DNA of 64,000 bases. Origin: Trypanosoma brucei (lineage: Eukaryota). Both the position numbers and the translations under genes were made by a program. Below, in pieces: positions 63,317 through 64,000 of this stretch; the stretch's first letter is position 1, and every line of letters begins with the position of its first letter. The DNA lies in the NCBI GenBank assembly GCA_000002445.1, contig CP000069.1, positions 704,001 through 768,000 on the forward strand. Reading direction: 5' to 3'. The notes beneath the pieces were generated by a model that saw only the letters and a list, made by a program, of their open reading frames with translations, was not told the DNA's origin and did not search any database.

Positions 63317-64000
63317 ATATAAATATGCATAAATATGTGTTAAGAGTCCTGTTGATTAATGTTACACACATTTGGTCGTATTACTTAATGAAGAAATAAT
63401 GAAGATATGTGAAAGCACGCGCATGTATGAAAGAGTATGCGTTTAGGTAGAGGAGTAGTTTCTTTTTCTTTTTTCTTTATTTATCTTGGTGCACATGGTG
63501 CCGGGTGCTCATCTGCACTTCGTCTCTCCTGTATTTACCCATCGTATCAGCAAAGCGATATTGATGCAGTTTTTTTTTCTTGTGATTTTGTTTGTCATAA
63601 TCACTTTTTGTTTTCTTTCAAGTTATTTTCATCTTTTTTTTTTTTGGTGGGTTCACCTGCTTCTCTTGATTTTGTTCCTTTTTGTGAGATAACTCTTTTT
63701 TTTTTTTATTCAGCTTTTATCATATCTGCGTATAATAGCAAAAAAAAACAACACGCACACACTCACGTGCATACGCATATGCGTCAATTCATCCGCCTTT
63801 CTTTCAGTCTTTTCACTCTCTCCCGTCGCAAATTTCTTTTTTTCTTCTTTTTTTCTTCTTTTTTTCTTTTTGACTTTATTAAAATATATTTATATATTTA
63901 TATATTTATATATTTTTTTTCCTTTTCCTTTTCCCTTCCCATTTCCCTCAGAAGCGCATGCGAGAGCACACTCCTTGAATGGGGTTTTCATGTTCCAATC

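Noticed and set aside
1-64000. Prokaryotic-style promoters, RBS, terminators, operons, and mobile elements
   Set aside because: Gene organisation, domain content and spacer composition indicate a kinetoplastid nuclear polycistron. No reverse transcriptase, transposase or ingi/RIME/SLACS-like sequences were seen, and bacterial regulatory models do not apply.

Overview
This window looks like nuclear DNA from a kinetoplastid, most likely Trypanosoma brucei, rather than prokaryotic sequence. That assignment is inference from sequence plus family knowledge. Every convincing long ORF is on the + strand, with no introns, as expected for one polycistronic transcription unit. Coding regions are separated by 0.3-2 kb pyrimidine-rich gaps carrying (TG)n/(TA)n microsatellites and poly-T tracts typical of trans-splicing and polyadenylation regions. 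No tRNA, rRNA, CRISPR array or retroposon was found.

About 27 genes are supported. They include:
- an RGG-repeat RNA-binding protein resembling TbRGG1, with an 87-bp perfect tandem repeat;
- a PH-domain AGC (AKT/RAC-like) kinase;
- an NTMT1-type N-terminal methyltransferase, a prefoldin-like protein, a YqeH/NOA1-type circularly permuted GTPase, and adenosine kinase;
- an IQ-HECT E3 ligase, a GCP (Spc97/98) protein, a p32/MAM33 protein, ATG5, MO25, and a PDK1-like kinase;
- a thioredoxin fused to a Ufd2-like protein, a DnaJ protein, an ICT1-like GGQ release-factor protein, and an SDHAF2/SdhE-like protein.

The standout structure is an 8,866-bp direct tandem duplication (7645-15219 matches 16511-24085). 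It carries five genes, and every ORF at least 60 aa in the six-frame track, on either strand, translates identically in the two copies. This gives two adenosine kinase genes whose last ~230 bp and 3' flanks differ. The duplication junction carries a third copy of a 400-bp internal fragment of the GTPase gene, which creates a chimeric pseudo-ORF. Beyond this duplication the window is ordinary trypanosomatid core-genome sequence.
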